Positions 16,108-25,574 of a DNA stretch of 58,109 bases are shown here, one piece after another. Positions within the stretch are counted from its first letter, which is position 1. Every line of letters starts with the position of its first letter. A program made the position numbers and the translations under genes. The stretch is from Candidatus Omnitrophota bacterium (GTDB taxonomy: Bacteria; Omnitrophota; Gorgyraeia; JAHJTE01). The DNA is taken from the NCBI GenBank assembly GCA_020058285.1, contig JAGVEL010000008.1, positions 1 through 58,109 on the forward strand. Reading direction: 5' to 3'. The notes beneath the pieces are model-generated. The model was not told where the DNA came from. It was given only the letters and a program-made list of their open reading frames with translations, and made no database searches.

Positions 16108-17172
16108 CTAAATGATCACAAGGTCGTCGCGGTGGATTATTTCCCGTTCGCCTTTTTTGCCTTTGATATGTACAACATGGCTTGAGGAAAACCTGGTTAT
16201 GCCTTTAGCAAAATTTTTATTGCTTGAATCAGCGATAAATACTACATCGTTTTCCTTAAATTCACCGTGGACATTAACAATTCCTACGCCGAGCAAGCTT
16301 TTATTCTTTGACTTAATTGCGGTCTTTGCCCCATCATCTACGATTATCACACCCTTAGGTCTTGCGCTGTTTGCAATCCAATTTTTACGGGCTAGGCGTT
16401 TATTGCCTGCGCAAAAAAATGTCCCGGGATTTTTTCCTTCCACAATGTCTATTAATATATTATCAGTCCGGCCGTTAGCCAAAACTGCAGGTATGCCGCT
16501 TTCGTTTGCTATCTTTATTGCTTCCAGTTTCGAAAACATACCACCCACGCAGCTAAACTTTGTACTAGTGCAAGCCAAGCTCATAATCTTAGAGTCGATT
16601 TTTTCCACATATTCAATCAGCTGGTTACTTTTTCTATCTTGCAGGCCATCAACATCGGTTAATACAATCAACAAATCACAAGATACTAGCGTGGCAACTA
16701 ACGCGCTTAGTTTATCGTTATCCCCAAATTTTATCTCTTCCATTGAAACCGAATCGTTTTCATTGATAATTGCTACTGTCTGATATTTATATAACTGATT
16801 AATAGTTTTTTTGGCATTTAAAAACCGCTTGCGGCTGGAAAAATCATCCCAGGTTAGTAAAACCTGTGCACAATTCTTTCCAATCTGCTTAAATGCATCC
16901 TGATAAGCCTGCATAAGCGAAATCTGGCCGATAGAAGCCAACGCAGCTAATTCTGATAGGTCAGACGGACGTTTAGATAAATTTAAGGTATCCAGGCCGC
17001 AGCCAATAGCACCGCTAGATACAACAATCACTTGTTTGCCGCAATCCATAAGCACGCCAATCTGGCGTACGATATTGGCGATTAAATCCGCGTCCAAATG
17101 GTTATGCTTATCGGTCAGTATACTTGTGCCAATTTTAACAACTATGCGTTTGAAGTTTACGTCTGATTTCAT
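16108..17172 (-). CDS. proB: Glutamate 5-kinase with C-terminal PUA domain
   Basis: It contains RIVVKIGTSILT, VVSSGAI and ENDSVS, with a PUA-like C-terminus. Confidence 0.92.
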   Translation of the reverse strand: MKSDVNFKRIVVKIGTSILTDKHNHLDADLIANIVRQIGVLMDCGKQVIVVSSGAIGCGLDTLNLSKRPSDLSELAALASIGQISLMQAYQDAFKQIGKNCAQVLLTWDDFSSRKRFLNAKKTINQLYKYQTVAIINENDSVSMEEIKFGDNDKLSALVATLVSCDLLIVLTDVDGLQDRKSNQLIEYVEKIDSKIMSLACTSTKFSCVGGMFSKLEAIKIANESGIPAVLANGRTDNILIDIVEGKNPGTFFCAGNKRLARKNWIANSARPKGVIIVDDGAKTAIKSKNKSLLGVGIVNVHGEFKENDVVFIADSSNKNFAKGITRFSSSHVVHIKGKKGEREIIHRDDLVII

Positions 17173-18106
17173 AAATTAATTCCTCTAAACCCTTTTTTTC
17201 TAAACAAGAAATGGAAATAATCTTTTCACCTAAGGCTTTAGTTAGTTTTTTTAAGTTAGTCTGCCAGCCGGGTAAATCAATTTTATTTGCAACAATTATC
17301 CTGGGTTTTTTTTCTAATCCTGCACTGTAAGATTTAAGCTCAGTATCGATAATCTTAAAATCAGAAACCGGGTCATTTGTCGCCTCTGGGGAAATATCAA
17401 CCAGCTGCAAAACTAATTTTGTCCTTTCAATATGTTTTAAGAACTCTATGCCTAAGCCTTTACCGAGGTGCGCGCCTTCAATCAAACCCGGAATATCAAC
17501 TAAAACGCAAGAAAAATCATCGCAAGCTAGAACTCCCAATATCGGCGCTTTTGTCGTAAATGGATAACTAGCAATCTTCGGGCGGGCATTGGATATCGCA
17601 GTAATTAAGCTAGATTTGCCAGCGTTGGGTTTTCCCACGATTGCCACATCCGCAATCAGTTTTAACTCTAGGCTTACATCTCTCTCTTCGCCAAGTTGGC
17701 CCTTCTCTGACTGGCTATGGGTAATTATATTGCCCTTGCCGCCAAGGCCGCCTTTAGCGGCAATCACTTCTTCGCCGGAATTTTTTAAATCCCTTAAAAT
17801 AAAGCCGGTTTTTATATCACGAATCAAAGTACCGCAAGGAAGCAAAATTTTCAAATCTGCGGCATCCTTGCCCTTTTTGCAGTTAGACCCGCCCCGTTCT
17901 CCATTTTGAGCTTTAAAATGCTGGCGATAGCGAAAATCCAAAAGCGTATGAATCTTAAATTCGGCGCGTAAAATTACATCCCCGCCTTTGCCGCCGCTGC
18001 CGCCGTCAGGAGTGATATGCCTTTTTCTGCGATGATGATAATGACTATTGCAGCCATCGCCGCCATTACCGGCTTTAATACTTATCTTGGCAAAATCAAT
18101 GAACAT
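17135..18106 (-). CDS. obg: GTPase Obg (short form without a long C-terminal extension)
   Basis: It has the Gly-rich Obg fold (FIDFAKISIKAGNGGDGC...GGSGGKGGDV) and the G1 motif GKPNAGKSS. Confidence 0.92.
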   Translation of the reverse strand: MFIDFAKISIKAGNGGDGCNSHYHHRRKRHITPDGGSGGKGGDVILRAEFKIHTLLDFRYRQHFKAQNGERGGSNCKKGKDAADLKILLPCGTLIRDIKTGFILRDLKNSGEEVIAAKGGLGGKGNIITHSQSEKGQLGEERDVSLELKLIADVAIVGKPNAGKSSLITAISNARPKIASYPFTTKAPILGVLACDDFSCVLVDIPGLIEGAHLGKGLGIEFLKHIERTKLVLQLVDISPEATNDPVSDFKIIDTELKSYSAGLEKKPRIIVANKIDLPGWQTNLKKLTKALGEKIISISCLEKKGLEELIYEIRRKLQTHSC

Positions 18107-18130
18107 TTTTAATTTTCTAGGCCTGGAGAG

Positions 18131-18451
18131 TTAACTTGCGCTTATCTCTTTTATCTTTAGGCGAGTAAATTTTTGACGATGGCCCTTTTTCCAATGCCAA
18201 TCCTTCCGACGGTGGTACTTAAAGGCTATTACCTTATCTGCTTTTATTACTGGGCTCAAAACCTCAGCCTTTACAGAAATATTTTTTAAATAAGGCTTAC
18301 CCACCTGCAGGTCTTTTCCATCTGAAAACATCAAAACCTTGTCCAGGGTCACTGTCTTAGCATGCGCGCGTAGATGCAATTTCTCAATGTCAATCTCGCT
18401 ATCTGCCTGTACCCGGTACTGTTTTGAACCACTCTGAATTATTGCGTACAT
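18131..18451 (-). CDS. rplU: 50S ribosomal protein L21
   Basis: It begins MYAIIQSGSKQYRV..., contains KFTRLKI, and is 106 aa. Confidence 0.92.
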   Translation of the reverse strand: MYAIIQSGSKQYRVQADSEIDIEKLHLRAHAKTVTLDKVLMFSDGKDLQVGKPYLKNISVKAEVLSPVIKADKVIAFKYHRRKDWHWKKGHRQKFTRLKIKEISAS

Positions 18452-18555
18452 AGAAATCCTCCTCTAGGGATTAAATTAGATACTTATGTTAACATAACTA
18501 AATTGAACAGGCAAGAAAAAACAATAATCAGTAACATACTTAATCTTTAGAACTC

Positions 18556-19070
18556 AAATCCCCTTTCCTCTCTCGCTTTCGGTGCTTGTTCAAAAACGGG
18601 TCACCCGCTACATTTGCTTCTGGGATATGTTCGCTGTGCTCTAAATCTTTTGCCGTCTGCTGCGGTTTACGTCTCGCTCGTTTGGCGAAATTCCCTTCGG
18701 TCAGTTTCGCCACTCGCTTGCCGTAATTCCTTGCAGACATTTGCCAAAAAATTTCTTATGCACGCTCACAAATCCCACCGCAAATTAATTATTCACGTAC
18801 CTCTCAACATAATGAACCTGGTAATTTTCGAGCGATATGTCGATTTTAGTACTTCGACGCGCCCTTCGGGCTTGCTCAGTACTTGTCCTTTACTACTCCA
18901 AAATGGGTGGCAAGGTTTGATATGAGCAGGACGTAGAGGCGACGAGCGGGCACGGTGTCCGAGCACAAAGTGCGAGGACGAGCGAGGAAGCCGAACCGAG
19001 AGAGCTTTTCCCCGCTGGGGAAAAGCGAGCGTTCCTGCGAATACAAACCTTGACAGGACCCATTTTCCAA
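18556..19070. ncRNA. Unclassified GC-rich, highly self-complementary non-coding element (copy 1); the minus strand is slightly favoured
   Basis: No credible ORF is present. Long-range complementarity links 18900-18932 (AAAAUGGGUGGCAAGGUUUG..GCAGGA) to 19033-19066 (UCCUGC..CAAACCUUG..ACCCAUUUU). On the plus strand, CUCUCUCG..UUCGG (18566-18581) pairs with CCGAA..CGAGAGAG (18991-19005). Local hairpins include GCUUUUCCCC-GCU-GGGGAAAAGC and GUCC-GA-GCAC-AAA-GUGC-GA-GGAC. Positions 18841-18999 are ~98% identical to 57951-58109. Confidence 0.5.
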
Positions 19071-19174
19071 AGGGCATTAAAGAAGAAACAACAGAAAGCG
19101 GGAAAATTGTCAGGGTCATTATAAACAAAAGTTAATTTAGCCAATTTATTTGAGACTACCAATAATCAGCCAAA

Positions 19175-20665
19175 TTATTCGATTATAATCTTCTCTAAGT
19201 GTAAATGCGGACTGGGGTTTAAGATAATCGGGGTTCGAAACCTGGACTGCAGGTCCTTAAGCGTCTGAATGTGTTGCACGTTCAGGAACTCAACAACCTG
19301 AGGATTAAGGCTAACTAAAAGTTTCGGTTTCTTGCGCTCTTTTAACGCCTGGCTAAGCGCCCTCAGACACATAATCGCAACAGTTGCTGTTGACTTTACC
19401 TTACCCTTGCCCAAGCAATAAGGACAAGCCTGGAATGATAAGCCTTCAGCGCTCTTACGCTGGCGTTGGCGAGTCATCTCCAGTATCCCAAAGTCAGAAA
19501 TCCTAATGACTTCTGTCTTGGCCCGGTCAGTCTTAAGTAAATCCTTAAAATGCACTACCAAAGCTTTGCGATTTGAGTCTTTGGACATATCAATAAAATC
19601 TATAACAATTAAACCTCCTAGATCCCTCAAGCGAAGCTGGCGGCTAATCTCATCAGCAGCCTCCATATTGACATTAAATGCCATCTCTTCCTGAGCTCTT
19701 GGCCCGGCAGATGAGATATTGCCTCTATATTTTCCGCTGTTAACATCAATTGCCACAAGCCCCTCCGTAGGTTCAATATAAATATAGCCTCCGGATTTTA
19801 GATTTACCTTTCGCTGATAAAGGGTCTCAATCTTCTCCTCAACCTTAAATTTTTCAAACAATAATTCCTTGCCGTGATAGAAAATAATCTTGCGAAGTAA
19901 ATCCGGAGAATATATTCGCACAAATCTGCGGATAATATAAAATTCCCTTTTTGAATCTACAAAAAGATTAGCAATATCTTCAGTAAATGAATCGCGAACT
20001 ATACGCATGAGTAAATCATATTCTTCATGGACTAACGCCGGTGCTTTTCTTTTCTGCGCCTGGCGATATATAGTTTGCCAAAGCCGGATTAAAAATTTCG
20101 CATCCCGAACTAACTGCTTTTTACCCACGCCAACGCTTACTGTGCGCACAACAAATCCGCTTTCTTTTGGAAAATTAAGGCTATCAATTAAAACTCGCAA
20201 TCTGCGGCGCTCTTCCTCATCATCAATCCGACGCGATATGCCGACACTATGGTCAAAAGGAAGTAAAACTAGATATCTACCCGGCAGGGATATATTTGTA
20301 GTAAGCCTCGGGCCTTTAGTGCCAAATTGCTCTTTAACTACCTGGACAATTAACTCCTGGCCTACTTTCAGGTCTTCGGTCTTAAAGGTACTGGCTGATG
20401 TTGCAATCGCTTCAAGATCATCGCCAGAAAAACTCATTGCCTTGTCCACCTTGCTTAGGTAAAGAAATCCTTTCTTAGGCAAGCCAATATCAACAAATGC
20501 CGCGTTTAAAGACGGAGCTATTGAATCAACCCTGGCTTTATAAATATTTCCGACAATAGTTTTTTCGCTGCCGCGTTCAATAAAAAATTCATCAATCCGG
20601 TCATTATCCAAGATTGCTACGCGATTCTCCAGGTGTCCCGGATTCATTAAAATTAATTTAGGCAT
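19175..20665 (-). CDS. rng: Ribonuclease G/E family endoribonuclease
   Basis: It has an S1 domain (VGNIYKARVDSIAPSLNAAFVDIG), the catalytic core LGGLIVIDFIDM, a Zn-link CPYCLGKG, and is 496 aa. Confidence 0.88.
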   Translation of the reverse strand: MPKLILMNPGHLENRVAILDNDRIDEFFIERGSEKTIVGNIYKARVDSIAPSLNAAFVDIGLPKKGFLYLSKVDKAMSFSGDDLEAIATSASTFKTEDLKVGQELIVQVVKEQFGTKGPRLTTNISLPGRYLVLLPFDHSVGISRRIDDEEERRRLRVLIDSLNFPKESGFVVRTVSVGVGKKQLVRDAKFLIRLWQTIYRQAQKRKAPALVHEEYDLLMRIVRDSFTEDIANLFVDSKREFYIIRRFVRIYSPDLLRKIIFYHGKELLFEKFKVEEKIETLYQRKVNLKSGGYIYIEPTEGLVAIDVNSGKYRGNISSAGPRAQEEMAFNVNMEAADEISRQLRLRDLGGLIVIDFIDMSKDSNRKALVVHFKDLLKTDRAKTEVIRISDFGILEMTRQRQRKSAEGLSFQACPYCLGKGKVKSTATVAIMCLRALSQALKERKKPKLLVSLNPQVVEFLNVQHIQTLKDLQSRFRTPIILNPSPHLHLEKIIIE

Positions 20666-20990
20666 TGAGCACCTTATTACTCTCCAATAATTTTCCCGAA
20701 CTAATCCTTATGCCTTGCGGCAATTGTTTTGCAAGTCTTGCAATAAACTCTTGAGCTAAAATTTTTTCATTTAACGCAAACTGACAACTTAGTTCATTAG
20801 ACTCTAAGCCTAATTTAATTGCCGGCCTAACACTAATCTTGGGATGGGGATTAAACCCGCAGGAAGTTTGCAGATTTAATTTTGCCCTGTTTGTACAGCG
20901 AAGAAAAACGCGCAATAAATCCAGGTGAGAAATATAACGCATCAAGCCTGTCTTGGAAAATGTAATTTCAATAATAAATTTTGATTTCAT
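20658..20990 (-). CDS. DUF2344 (TIGR03936-type radical-SAM-associated) protein, N-terminal half only by length
   Basis: FIIEITFSKTGLMRYISHLDLLRVFLRCTNRAKLNLQTSCGFNPHPKISVRPAIKLGLES matches the family N-terminus as I remember it. I start at the ATG at 20990 because the track's 21026 start is a TTG. At ~110 aa it is about half the usual length. Confidence 0.65.
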   Translation of the reverse strand: MKSKFIIEITFSKTGLMRYISHLDLLRVFLRCTNRAKLNLQTSCGFNPHPKISVRPAIKLGLESNELSCQFALNEKILAQEFIARLAKQLPQGIRISSGKLLESNKVLNA

Positions 20991-21064
20991 TTTAACAGAA
21001 CAGCCCTTGACGAGTAAACTTGCCAAGGGCTGACTTATTTTATTCGCTTAGAAATTTTAGAAAT

Positions 21065-22975
21065 CTATTGTACAGCTTTTGGGTTTTCAACTGTTACTGG
21101 TTTTTGAACTTCAGCTGGTGATGCAACTTGCGAATTCTCAGGTAATATTGACCTTACCGGACTGTCCATATTTTGCCTTAAAGTTACAAAATCTTCGTCT
21201 GACTTTACAATAGTTGCAGTTATAAAAATAATCAAATCAAGCTTTTGTACATCATTTGACTTGCGCTTAAAAAACCAACCAATGATCGGAATATCCTTTA
21301 AAAAAGGTATTCCATATTCTGCTTCTCCTTTTATATCTTTAAGTAAACCGCCAATAACGATTGTTTCACCGTCCTTAATCAGCACTTGAGTCTCTGTTTC
21401 ACGGGTATCAATTACTGGATATCTATTAGTACCAACCTCGGCAGTTTTCGAGGTTATCGCAGGGTGTATGATTAAATTTATATACCCCTCATCGTTAACC
21501 TGAGGGACAACGTTAAGTTGAATTCCTAAATCTTGATAATAATCTAAGCTGGTAACAACTGTTGCACCAGCTTCTGTGCCCACCTCAGAAGAAAGTATAG
21601 GCCACTTTTGTCCAACAAGAATTGAAGCTTCCTGGTCGCTTAATGTTAATATGCGCGGTGCAGAAAGGACATTTGTATGAACATCTTCTTGTAAAGCATG
21701 TAAAATTACTTCAAACTGATTTCCAGTGACCTTTTTAAAATATGCAGTTATACCAGAATTAAATGGACTAACACCTGCGATAGAAGTAGCAATGGGTGAA
21801 AATGTCGATGGTGCCACCGAAATAGCTTGAGATTGAGCTTTAAGTTGGGTTGCTGCATCACCATCGCTTTTTTTACTAGTCGTAATGAATGATGCCGCAT
21901 CGGCACCTGTTCCAAATTCAACACCTAAATCTCTTAATTTATCACGGTTTACTTCCAAAATTCTAGCTTCAATTAAAATCTGTTGTGGTCGCCTATCTAT
22001 TCTACTAATAACCTGTTCTAATTTTTCTAACACTGGAGGTATATCAGAAATAATAAGGATTCTTGATTTGGTCTGTTTCTCGCCCACGCGTTTACGTTTA
22101 CCCAAATCTGCTCCGGCAAACTCCCAGCCTGCTGTACCTGTTTGAGATAAGACTGTAATCTTGCCGCGCGGCGATAGCTGCGGATCAAGCGCCTTTTTCA
22201 TATCTTGTGCATCAGTAAATTTTAAGCTTACGACTTTAGTAACTGTAGGCTGGACTTCAGCTAAAGCAGCCTCTTCTTTTTTCCGGGAAGTAAGCATTTC
22301 CATAGGATAGACTGATATAATATTTTCTTTGCGCTCAAATCCAAATCCATAAGTGCTTAAAATAACATCTAAGGCCTTATCCCAAGGAACATCAGTAAGC
22401 CGAATAGTCACTACGCCTGTAACCTCAGGTGCAGCAACAATATTAATACCGCTTTTATAAGATAGGATTCTTAATACATTCCTAATGTCAGCTTCCTTAA
22501 AATCAAGAGATACTTTAGTAACCGGAGGGGTAACCGGCGCTTCGGCAGCTTGAGCAGATTGTGCGCTTACTTCGGGTTGTTTGGCTTTTTCTTCTACTTT
22601 TGGCGCAACAGCAACTGCTTCTGGTTGTTGGCTGGTTGCAGATTCGGCAAGAGGCTCTGCAGTTAACGCCTCAATATCTTGCGGGGTTAGGGCCTCTTCG
22701 CTGATTTTAACTTCTGGCGCTGAAACAGGAGCTGCTTCTTGTACAGGAACTGCTGTTTCAATATCAGCGGAAGGCAAATTTTCATCCAAACCAATAATCT
22801 CAACATCATAGTTCAGCTCTGAATTATTAGTAATCAGATTTTCAGGATTGGATGATTCCTGTGCGCTTAAATTATTAGTAGAACTAATATTTAAAACTAA
22901 CAAAAAGCAAAATAAAGAGAATAATAGAACTTTACCTAACAAGGTAAATCCTTCTTTCTTTTTATTGCTGTTCAC
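21065..22975 (-). CDS. pilQ: Type IV pilus secretin PilQ
   Basis: It has a signal peptide, an Ala/Pro/Glu-rich linker and an N0/secretin_N region (VSLDFKEADIRNVLRILSYKSGINIV). The secretin domain shows VLSAPRILTLSDQEASI...GIPFLKDIPIIGWFFK. Confidence 0.9.
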   Translation of the reverse strand: MNSNKKKEGFTLLGKVLLFSLFCFLLVLNISSTNNLSAQESSNPENLITNNSELNYDVEIIGLDENLPSADIETAVPVQEAAPVSAPEVKISEEALTPQDIEALTAEPLAESATSQQPEAVAVAPKVEEKAKQPEVSAQSAQAAEAPVTPPVTKVSLDFKEADIRNVLRILSYKSGINIVAAPEVTGVVTIRLTDVPWDKALDVILSTYGFGFERKENIISVYPMEMLTSRKKEEAALAEVQPTVTKVVSLKFTDAQDMKKALDPQLSPRGKITVLSQTGTAGWEFAGADLGKRKRVGEKQTKSRILIISDIPPVLEKLEQVISRIDRRPQQILIEARILEVNRDKLRDLGVEFGTGADAASFITTSKKSDGDAATQLKAQSQAISVAPSTFSPIATSIAGVSPFNSGITAYFKKVTGNQFEVILHALQEDVHTNVLSAPRILTLSDQEASILVGQKWPILSSEVGTEAGATVVTSLDYYQDLGIQLNVVPQVNDEGYINLIIHPAITSKTAEVGTNRYPVIDTRETETQVLIKDGETIVIGGLLKDIKGEAEYGIPFLKDIPIIGWFFKRKSNDVQKLDLIIFITATIVKSDEDFVTLRQNMDSPVRSILPENSQVASPAEVQKPVTVENPKAVQ

Positions 22976-23411
22976 TTGGCTCCTCCTTTATTAACTCTAT
23001 TATATGTGAATTTTCGCCATTTTGCAAAATAATTTTATCTTTTTTTATTTCTTTTAAGGTAAAGCCGCCAAGGCTATCATTTTCAGCAATCACGTTGCCG
23101 TTAATCACAGCATATGATTTACCTGCCGGATCAAAGATTATACCTTCAAGATGGATATCTGAAATTTCCCCTTCTGGCTGAGGATTAATCAATAGGCCAT
23201 CAGGCGTGACTAACGCAGAGAAAGGATCGCGGTTGTTATGAGCAGTGTAGATAAATACTGGCTTAAGAGTTTCACTTGCCGGCAAGGAAGTTATTGATTC
23301 AGTGTTTTGAAAATTATTATCTTGAGCAGAAATTTTATAAGGGATGAAGAAAAATACAGGGCTAAATATTAAAACACTGATTAATAATTTTAAACTTCTC
23401 GATCTTTTCAT
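22962..23411 (-). CDS. PilP-like periplasmic pilus assembly protein
   Basis: It has a signal peptide, sits between pilO and pilQ, and has a C-terminal beta-domain motif (LEGIIFDPAGKSYAVINGNVIAENDSLGGFTLKEIKKDKIIL). Confidence 0.55.
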   Translation of the reverse strand: MKRSRSLKLLISVLIFSPVFFFIPYKISAQDNNFQNTESITSLPASETLKPVFIYTAHNNRDPFSALVTPDGLLINPQPEGEISDIHLEGIIFDPAGKSYAVINGNVIAENDSLGGFTLKEIKKDKIILQNGENSHIIELIKEEPSEQQ

Positions 23412-23419
23412 AACTTGAT

Positions 23420-24010
23420 TTAAATATTCTCAACCACGAAGATAGAGATTAATAATTTTATATCCAACTCCTTAGAGCCTTCTGCTTGAGACATAATATC
23501 CAGAGTATTCACTTTTATAAAAATTGTGCTGTTTTCAAGTTTATTTATGAATTTACCTAAGGCATGATACTCGCCTTGGGCAATAACTGAAATCGGCAGA
23601 CTGTAAAAGCGAGTCTTAGCTGCAGGATTTGGTTTTTCATCAGAACGAATCTCTTTATGCGGCCTGATTTGCATTATCTTTAACTTCTCAGCATCGGCCA
23701 TCCTGGAAATCTCGGTTAACAAATTGGGGATATTTTCTTCGTTAACAATACCCAGCTTCTCTTTTGAAACAATAGTATTCAATTCTGCTAAGCGCTTCTT
23801 AAAGCTATCTAACCTAAATACTTCGCCTGAAGACTCGACAACCTTTTTGCGTGTCTCAATAAGCGCTGGCTTTAAGGCAGAAACCTGTGACAGCTGTTTA
23901 GTAAGCACAAAACTAAAATCTATAATTAGGATAATTATGCCTAAAATAATAAAACTAATCAATTCCTTGGTTTGTTTATTGTTTAAAATAGAAAGGTCAA
24001 ATTTTTTCAT
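23420..24010 (-). CDS. pilO: Pilus assembly protein PilO
   Basis: It has a single TM segment, a coiled coil and a ferredoxin-like C-terminus (YSLPISVIAQGEYHALGKFINKLENS). Gene order also supports the call. Confidence 0.75.
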   Translation of the reverse strand: MKKFDLSILNNKQTKELISFIILGIIILIIDFSFVLTKQLSQVSALKPALIETRKKVVESSGEVFRLDSFKKRLAELNTIVSKEKLGIVNEENIPNLLTEISRMADAEKLKIMQIRPHKEIRSDEKPNPAAKTRFYSLPISVIAQGEYHALGKFINKLENSTIFIKVNTLDIMSQAEGSKELDIKLLISIFVVENI

Positions 24011-24573
24011 TGATTTAATAAACCTGCGAGATTAAAATCCACGACTTCAATTATTTTGATTGTCCGGCGTTGGATTGATTTTAAAGCTAAATCAGAAAAA
24101 TCAGAAACAAATTCCGGATTCGCCTTCAGGCTTTCCAGGAAAGAATTAATCGTCTTCATCTCCTCTGCCTTTGTGGAAACTGCAGTACCCTCTAGGGAAA
24201 AAATATTTTCAGTTATAATAATCCGGGTTAACCACAGGCCTTGCGGCAAAGAATCACTTAAGTAATTGAGCTTCTGACTCCAAATAAAACGCTTGCCAAA
24301 GAGCTTACTCATAATTTGTTGCTGCTCCTCAAGCTTTTTAATCTCCTCTTTCATCGTGGCTATCTCTTTTGCCCTGGGTAACTTCTCGTTAACCTGAGAA
24401 TTGAGCTTATGCAAATAAACCTTTGTTCCGAAAACTATGAGAATGATAATAAGATGAACACCGATTAGCGCTCCCAAAACCATGCAGAATATTTTTAGGG
24501 GTAGTCCGGAAGGAATATTTATTAATTGTTTCTTATGTTTAAATTCCGATGGTAAAAAATTTATTTCAATCAT
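24007..24573 (-). CDS. pilN: Pilus assembly protein PilN
   Basis: It has the N-terminal IEINFLP motif, a single TM segment and a coiled coil. It overlaps pilO by 4 nt. Confidence 0.8.
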   Translation of the reverse strand: MIEINFLPSEFKHKKQLINIPSGLPLKIFCMVLGALIGVHLIIILIVFGTKVYLHKLNSQVNEKLPRAKEIATMKEEIKKLEEQQQIMSKLFGKRFIWSQKLNYLSDSLPQGLWLTRIIITENIFSLEGTAVSTKAEEMKTINSFLESLKANPEFVSDFSDLALKSIQRRTIKIIEVVDFNLAGLLNQ

Positions 24574-24578
24574 ATTTT

Positions 24579-25574
24579 TTATCTTAATGCTAGTCCTAAG
24601 GCTATGGCGATTGTCCTAACTTGAGACGACAAAATTTCTTTATTCACCTTATTATCAATATTCAAATTTGCAGTCGGATCCCAGAATTTGGTAGTTAATG
24701 ACAAATTCTGATTAAGCGACTGTTCAATCCCGGATTGACTTGTGCCTTCACCGCTTAAGTATATTACCTCTAAAGGCCTGCCAGATTGACTTTCATAAAA
24801 ATCAAATGAACGGCGTAATTCTTCAGAGAGATTTAGCAGTTGTGCTTCTGGGGCAGATGAAGCAGTAGCATTCTCCTGCTCATTATCGATATTCAACACG
24901 GTTGTTGCGCTAGCTGTCCTTGAGCCCATAGGGATATCCCGAGTAAGCCGAGGAAGCCCGTTTTCAATAATCGTTAGATTACTAAACCTTATTCCGATAT
25001 CTAAAAGAGCAAATGATTTATCTATGATTTCTCCTTTTTCCTGGAAATTTAAAAAGGCATTTATCAAGGCAATAGTGCTAACCTCAATAATATTAATCTC
25101 TAGGCCTACAGAATGCATCATTTGAATTGATTGCTGGACTAATTCTTTTTTTACTGCAGCCAGTAATACCAACATCTGACCGCTCTTTGGTTCATCTAAA
25201 ATATGCGCATCTAAAAAAACTTCTTTTACTGGAAAAGGAATATGTTTTTCAGCCTCGAATTGAAGTGCACCGCGCAATTCTTCCTTAGTCATTTTAGGCA
25301 GGTTAATATAACGGATAATTACCCCTGAACCGGATAAACCGATATTAACCCGCGAACCTGAGAGATTTAAAGAATTGACAACCTGCCTGACGCTTTCTAA
25401 GGTATTGCGTTCTATGGGTGAGTAAGCAAAAGCGCTGATTCTGGGTTTATCTTTGCCTGTGGTTAAGATGAGGGCGCGCACGCCAGACTGGCCAATATCT
25501 AAGCCAACTTTTACTTTTTGTTCTGAGCCTTTTCTAGGATTAAAGCCTTTTAAGATATCGTTAAATGATTTCAA
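24579..25574 (-). CDS. pilM: Pilus assembly ATPase-like protein PilM (actin fold)
   Basis: It contains VGLDIGQSGVRALIL and LLDIGIRFSNLTI, with the usual length and position upstream of pilN. Confidence 0.85.
   Translation of the reverse strand: MKSFNDILKGFNPRKGSEQKVKVGLDIGQSGVRALILTTGKDKPRISAFAYSPIERNTLESVRQVVNSLNLSGSRVNIGLSGSGVIIRYINLPKMTKEELRGALQFEAEKHIPFPVKEVFLDAHILDEPKSGQMLVLLAAVKKELVQQSIQMMHSVGLEINIIEVSTIALINAFLNFQEKGEIIDKSFALLDIGIRFSNLTIIENGLPRLTRDIPMGSRTASATTVLNIDNEQENATASSAPEAQLLNLSEELRRSFDFYESQSGRPLEVIYLSGEGTSQSGIEQSLNQNLSLTTKFWDPTANLNIDNKVNKEILSSQVRTIAIALGLALR

Noticed and set aside
16112-16783. A long antisense ORF of 223 aa opposite proB. Similar cases lie opposite other genes (12600..13106, 20007..20462, 10448..10822, 37608..37997, 45750..46115, 49212..49634, 3434..3712 and others).
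   Set aside because: Each lies fully inside a strongly supported minus-strand gene and has a Ser/Leu/Ile/Pro-rich low-complexity translation typical of antisense frames. None has a recognisable motif.
18540-19162. Five overlapping ORFs of 64-111 aa on both strands (18540..18740, 18614..18925, 18793..19128, 18876..19070, 18893..19162).
   Set aside because: They overlap each other in a GC-rich, heavily self-complementary region and lack convincing RBS or start contexts. Their translations are low-complexity (Arg/Ser/Pro-rich). The second copy of the element (57716-58109) preserves the nucleotide sequence but no ORF of 60 aa or more. They are best read as artefacts of a structured RNA or DNA element.
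18452-19174. The element could be RNase P RNA, tmRNA, SRP/6S RNA or an ORF-less group II intron.
   Set aside because: By eye there is no GAGGAAAGUCC/ACAGAAA RNase P core. There is no tRNA-like GGGG...CCACCA end or tag ORF as in tmRNA. There is no GUGYG 5' end with a 34-nt domain V hairpin and a bulged-A domain VI. The size is wrong for SRP or 6S RNA. A covariance-model scan is still needed.
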